This document shows, piece after piece, positions 59,104-64,000 of a stretch of 64,000 nucleotides of DNA. A model generated the notes under the pieces. That model did no database searches and was not told the origin of the DNA. It worked only from the letters and a program-made list of their open reading frames with translations. This DNA is from Pontiella sp. (GTDB taxonomy: Bacteria; Verrucomicrobiota; Kiritimatiellia; Kiritimatiellales; Pontiellaceae): positions 2,713-66,712 of the forward strand of contig JBNKHE010000001.1 in NCBI GenBank assembly GCA_050290185.1. Reading direction: 5' to 3'. Every line of letters starts with the position of its first letter. Position 1 is the first letter of the stretch. Both the position numbers and the translations under genes were made by a program.

Positions 59104-59139
59104 AAAAAAAACCTCCAACCCATTAAGGATTAGAGGTTT
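59104..59139 (-). terminator. Rho-independent terminator after tRNA-Phe
   Basis: AAACCTC...GAGGTTT stem with T run on minus strand. Confidence 0.75.
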
Positions 59140-59143
59140 AAAG

Positions 59144-59219
59144 TGGTGGCGACTCCCAGAGTTGAACTGGGGACACGCGGATTTTCAATCCGCTGCTCTA
59201 CCAACTGAGCTAAGTCGCC
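59144..59219 (-). tRNA. tRNA-Phe (GAA)
   Basis: GGCGACT acceptor, GCGGA-TT-GAA-AA-TCCGC, TTCAACT loop, CCA. Confidence 0.97.
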
Positions 59220-59290
59220 GTAAAAATGAAGCGCGCAGTATACGGGAACGCAATCTTCAGTCAACCGCTTTCGTTTCCAAAAGCGGAAGA

Positions 59291-59400
59291 ATGGTCGGGG
59301 CGACTGGATGGCTTCGCCCTTCGGGGTTGCAGCTTCGCAGCAACCTCGCTCGCCAGCTCGCGTCAAACCAGCTTCGCTGGTTCTCACCCAGTCCGCACAC
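59291..59400 (-). repeat. tRNA-3'-end-copying structured element (Pro copy)
   Basis: ATGGTCGGGGCGACTGGAT identical to 59417-59435; internal hairpins; CGCGTCAAAC and GGTTCTCACCCAGTC. Confidence 0.7.
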
Positions 59401-59417
59401 ACATTTAAAAAGAACAA

Positions 59418-59494
59418 TGGTCGGGGCGACTGGATTCGAACCAGCGACTTCTACGTCCCGAACGTAGCGCTCTACCAGGCTGAGCCACGCCCCG
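59418..59494 (-). tRNA. tRNA-Pro (CGG)
   Basis: CGGGGCG acceptor, CTACG-TT-CGG-GA-CGTAG, GTTCGAAT, CCA. Confidence 0.97.
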
Positions 59495-59556
59495 ATTGAC
59501 CAAAAGAAGTGCGTAGTGTACGAATCCGCCGCGGAATGGCAAGCGGGAAAAGAGAG

Positions 59557-59595
59557 GAAACTTGAAACGCGAAAGTTGAAATTTGAAACCTGAAA
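59557..59595 (+). repeat. Heptamer tandem repeat (nnTGAAA)
   Basis: GAAACTT GAAACGC GAAAGTT GAAATTT GAAACCT GAAA. Confidence 0.6.
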
Positions 59596-59650
59596 TATGA
59601 AACGTATCGCTGGCTCCCTGAAGAGGTGATACCGGGAAGGCAAATGAACC

Positions 59651-60604
59651 TCAGGCCCGTGGATGGGCGAGCTGGTAGACCTCTTTGAGGCGCTCGACGG
59701 ATACGTGGGTGTAAATCTGCGTGGTGGAGAGCGAGGCGTGGCCCAGCAGTTCCTGCACACTGCGCAGATCGGCGCCGGCATCAAGCAGATGGGTCGCAAA
59801 GCTGTGGCGCAAACTGTGGGGCGACAGCTCGGCATTGAGGCCGCAGAACAGGACATATTTCTTCATCATGCGCTCGATGGAGCGCGCAGTAATCGGTCCA
59901 CCGTTTTTATTGAGGAACACCGGACTGCGGACATCGCGCCTGCCTTCGAGCAGCCAGACGTTTTCCCGCAGCTCGAGATTTTTCATCAACGTCCGGATGG
60001 CGGGCGAACCCAGCGGACAAAGCCGCTCCTTCTTGCCTTTACCGCGCACACGTGCCACGCCGGAAAGCAGATCGATGCGCTCCTCGGGCAACTGCACCAG
60101 TTCGTTGATGCGCATGCCGGTGCTGTAGAGAAGCTCCAGAATTGCGGAGTCGCGCGCGACCATGTATTCGCGCCACAGCTGTTGCTTCGGATTTCCCGAG
60201 GCTTGCGTTTCGTTGTATTTGGCCGGCGCATCGAGCAGTTTCCCGGCTTCATTCACCGAAAGAATCTGCGGTAGATAATTGCCCTTTTTCGGCAGACTCA
60301 GGCCGCTGAACGGATTCTGTTCCACATATTCCTCCCGCAGGAGAAACTTGTAGAACGAGCGCAGGGCGGAAAGCTTGCGTCCCGTGGTGGTCGGCGCCAT
60401 TTCCAGTTTCTGGAAAAACACCAGAAACTTGCGCGCCGTAAAACGGTCGGCCTGACCCCACTTGTAGGGCGGTTGCGCATTCTCGCCCCAGGTGATTTCG
60501 CAGAACTGCCGGATATCGATCAGATAGTTGCTGATTGTATGCTCCGAGGCGTTTTTCTCGCCTTCGAGATACTTTACAAAATGCGCTATGCACGGATCGT
60601 TCAT
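59651..60604 (-). CDS. xerC: Tyrosine recombinase XerC
   Basis: STGMRINEL, GKGKKER, HSLRHSFATHLL, LLGH, TQIYTH; dprA-topA-xerC synteny. Confidence 0.9.
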   Translation of the reverse strand: MNDPCIAHFVKYLEGEKNASEHTISNYLIDIRQFCEITWGENAQPPYKWGQADRFTARKFLVFFQKLEMAPTTTGRKLSALRSFYKFLLREEYVEQNPFSGLSLPKKGNYLPQILSVNEAGKLLDAPAKYNETQASGNPKQQLWREYMVARDSAILELLYSTGMRINELVQLPEERIDLLSGVARVRGKGKKERLCPLGSPAIRTLMKNLELRENVWLLEGRRDVRSPVFLNKNGGPITARSIERMMKKYVLFCGLNAELSPHSLRHSFATHLLDAGADLRSVQELLGHASLSTTQIYTHVSVERLKEVYQLAHPRA

Positions 60605-60685
60605 ATTATTCACACCCGCTCCGCTCAAGACCGCAAAGAACACAAAGGTCATTCCTTCGCGATCCTTGCGCTCTTTTATCTTAAA

Positions 60686-63241
<2,556 letters not shown>

Positions 63242-63261
63242 TTCATTTCCTTACTATTGTG

Positions 63262-63328
63262 AACCGCGAAAGACACAAACCACACGAAACCATTCAATCT
63301 TTTCGTGTTTTTTGTGTATTCCGTGGTT
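63262..63328. repeat. 9-nt-periodic inverted repeat element
   Basis: AACCGCGAAAGACACAAACCACACGAAA ... TTTCGTGTTTTTTGTGTATTCCGTGGTT. Confidence 0.65.
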
Positions 63329-64000
63329 AGCTCCTAAATCCTGTTTTTAAATCTTCCGCAAGTTCGACGATGCGGCCCGGCAACATCCGTATGACTCTTT
63401 TCATTTCGAGGCCGAGCAGAATGCCGCTCAGTTCATGACTCTTCAGCTCCGTAGCGCGCGCCAGCGAATCGACGTCTAGCGGCTCCTGCCAAAGTGCTTC
63501 CACGATGGTTGTCTCCGTTTCCGTCATGGGAACATCCGGCCTTGCAGCGGTCGCCGCCTCCGGCGCTTCCCTTTCCGATGGCGGAATCAGAAACTCGTAC
63601 TCCTCCAAAATATCATCGAGCGACTCGACCAGCTTCGCCCCATTCTTGATCAACCGATGTGGACCGCGCGCGCCGGGCGTATCAATCCGGCCCGGCAGGG
63701 CAAAGACCGTGCGGCCCTGTTCCATGGCCGCATCGGTCGTGTGCATCGATCCGCCCTTCACGGCCGATTCGATCAGCAACACGCCCATGCTCAGTCCGCT
63801 GATGATGCGGTTACGGTACGGAAACGTCATGCGATCCGCCTGCCGCCCCATGGGATATTCACTGATGACTGCACCCTGTTTGGCAATCTTGTTTGCCAAC
63901 TGCTCATTTTCAGGCGGATAGAGACAATCGATTGCGCTACCCAGCACGGCAATGGTACGGCCCCCGCTCTTCAGGGCTCCGTTGTGCGCCGCCGTGTCGG
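63327..64000 (-). CDS. dprA: DNA-processing protein DprA (5' part outside window)
   Basis: SEYPMG, FPYRNRIISGLS, FALPG, LIKNGA; C-terminal winged helix. Confidence 0.93.
   Translation of the reverse strand, partial: DTAAHNGALKSGGRTIAVLGSAIDCLYPPENEQLANKIAKQGAVISEYPMGRQADRMTFPYRNRIISGLSMGVLLIESAVKGGSMHTTDAAMEQGRTVFALPGRIDTPGARGPHRLIKNGAKLVESLDDILEEYEFLIPPSEREAPEAATAARPDVPMTETETTIVEALWQEPLDVDSLARATELKSHELSGILLGLEMKRVIRMLPGRIVELAEDLKTGFRS

Noticed and set aside
49902..59143. tRNA-Phe-anchored genomic island or prophage
   Set aside because: Accessory-looking genes, but no integrase, phage genes or duplicated tRNA-Phe 3' end seen
59291..59400. Extra functional tRNA-Pro gene
   Set aside because: Only the 3' 18 nt match; no D-arm or anticodon arm
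59651..60604. Tyrosine recombinase as the array's integron integrase
   Set aside because: Lacks the IntI-specific insertion, lies 48 kb away, and sits in the standard dprA-topA-xerC context

Overview
Bacterial chromosomal window, probably from a PVC-superphylum polysaccharide degrader. Kiritimatiellota/Pontiella-like is an inference from gene content only. Positions 1-~11,020 are a visibly AT-richer integron-type gene-cassette array on the + strand. It has 14 attC-like sites plus a terminal half-site, delimiting 12 ORF-bearing cassettes and one ORF-less mini-cassette. Each cassette's 5' core (GTTnnnn) is usually the reverse complement of its own 3' core (nnnnAAC). Eleven of the 12 cassette proteins look exported, and 7 carry lipoboxes. 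No integron integrase is in the window; it would lie left of position 1. The rest is mostly housekeeping: a suf Fe-S operon ending in an HCF101-like Mrp, an M42 peptidase, clpB, a CaCA antiporter, CE12/GH28 pectin enzymes, hisG, fmt, thiL, a MacAB-TolC-like system, tadA, rnhB, ffh-rpsP-khpA-trmD-rplS and dprA-topA-xerC. There are four tRNAs (Ser-TGA, Arg-TCG, Phe-GAA, Pro-CGG) and an accessory stretch at ~49.9-59 kb. Other notable items: structured elements that copy the 3' end of the adjacent tRNA (next to three tRNAs), short periodic inverted repeats in operon junctions, an unusual triple repeat at the TopA C-terminus, and a deiodinase-fold domain lacking its catalytic Sec/Cys.
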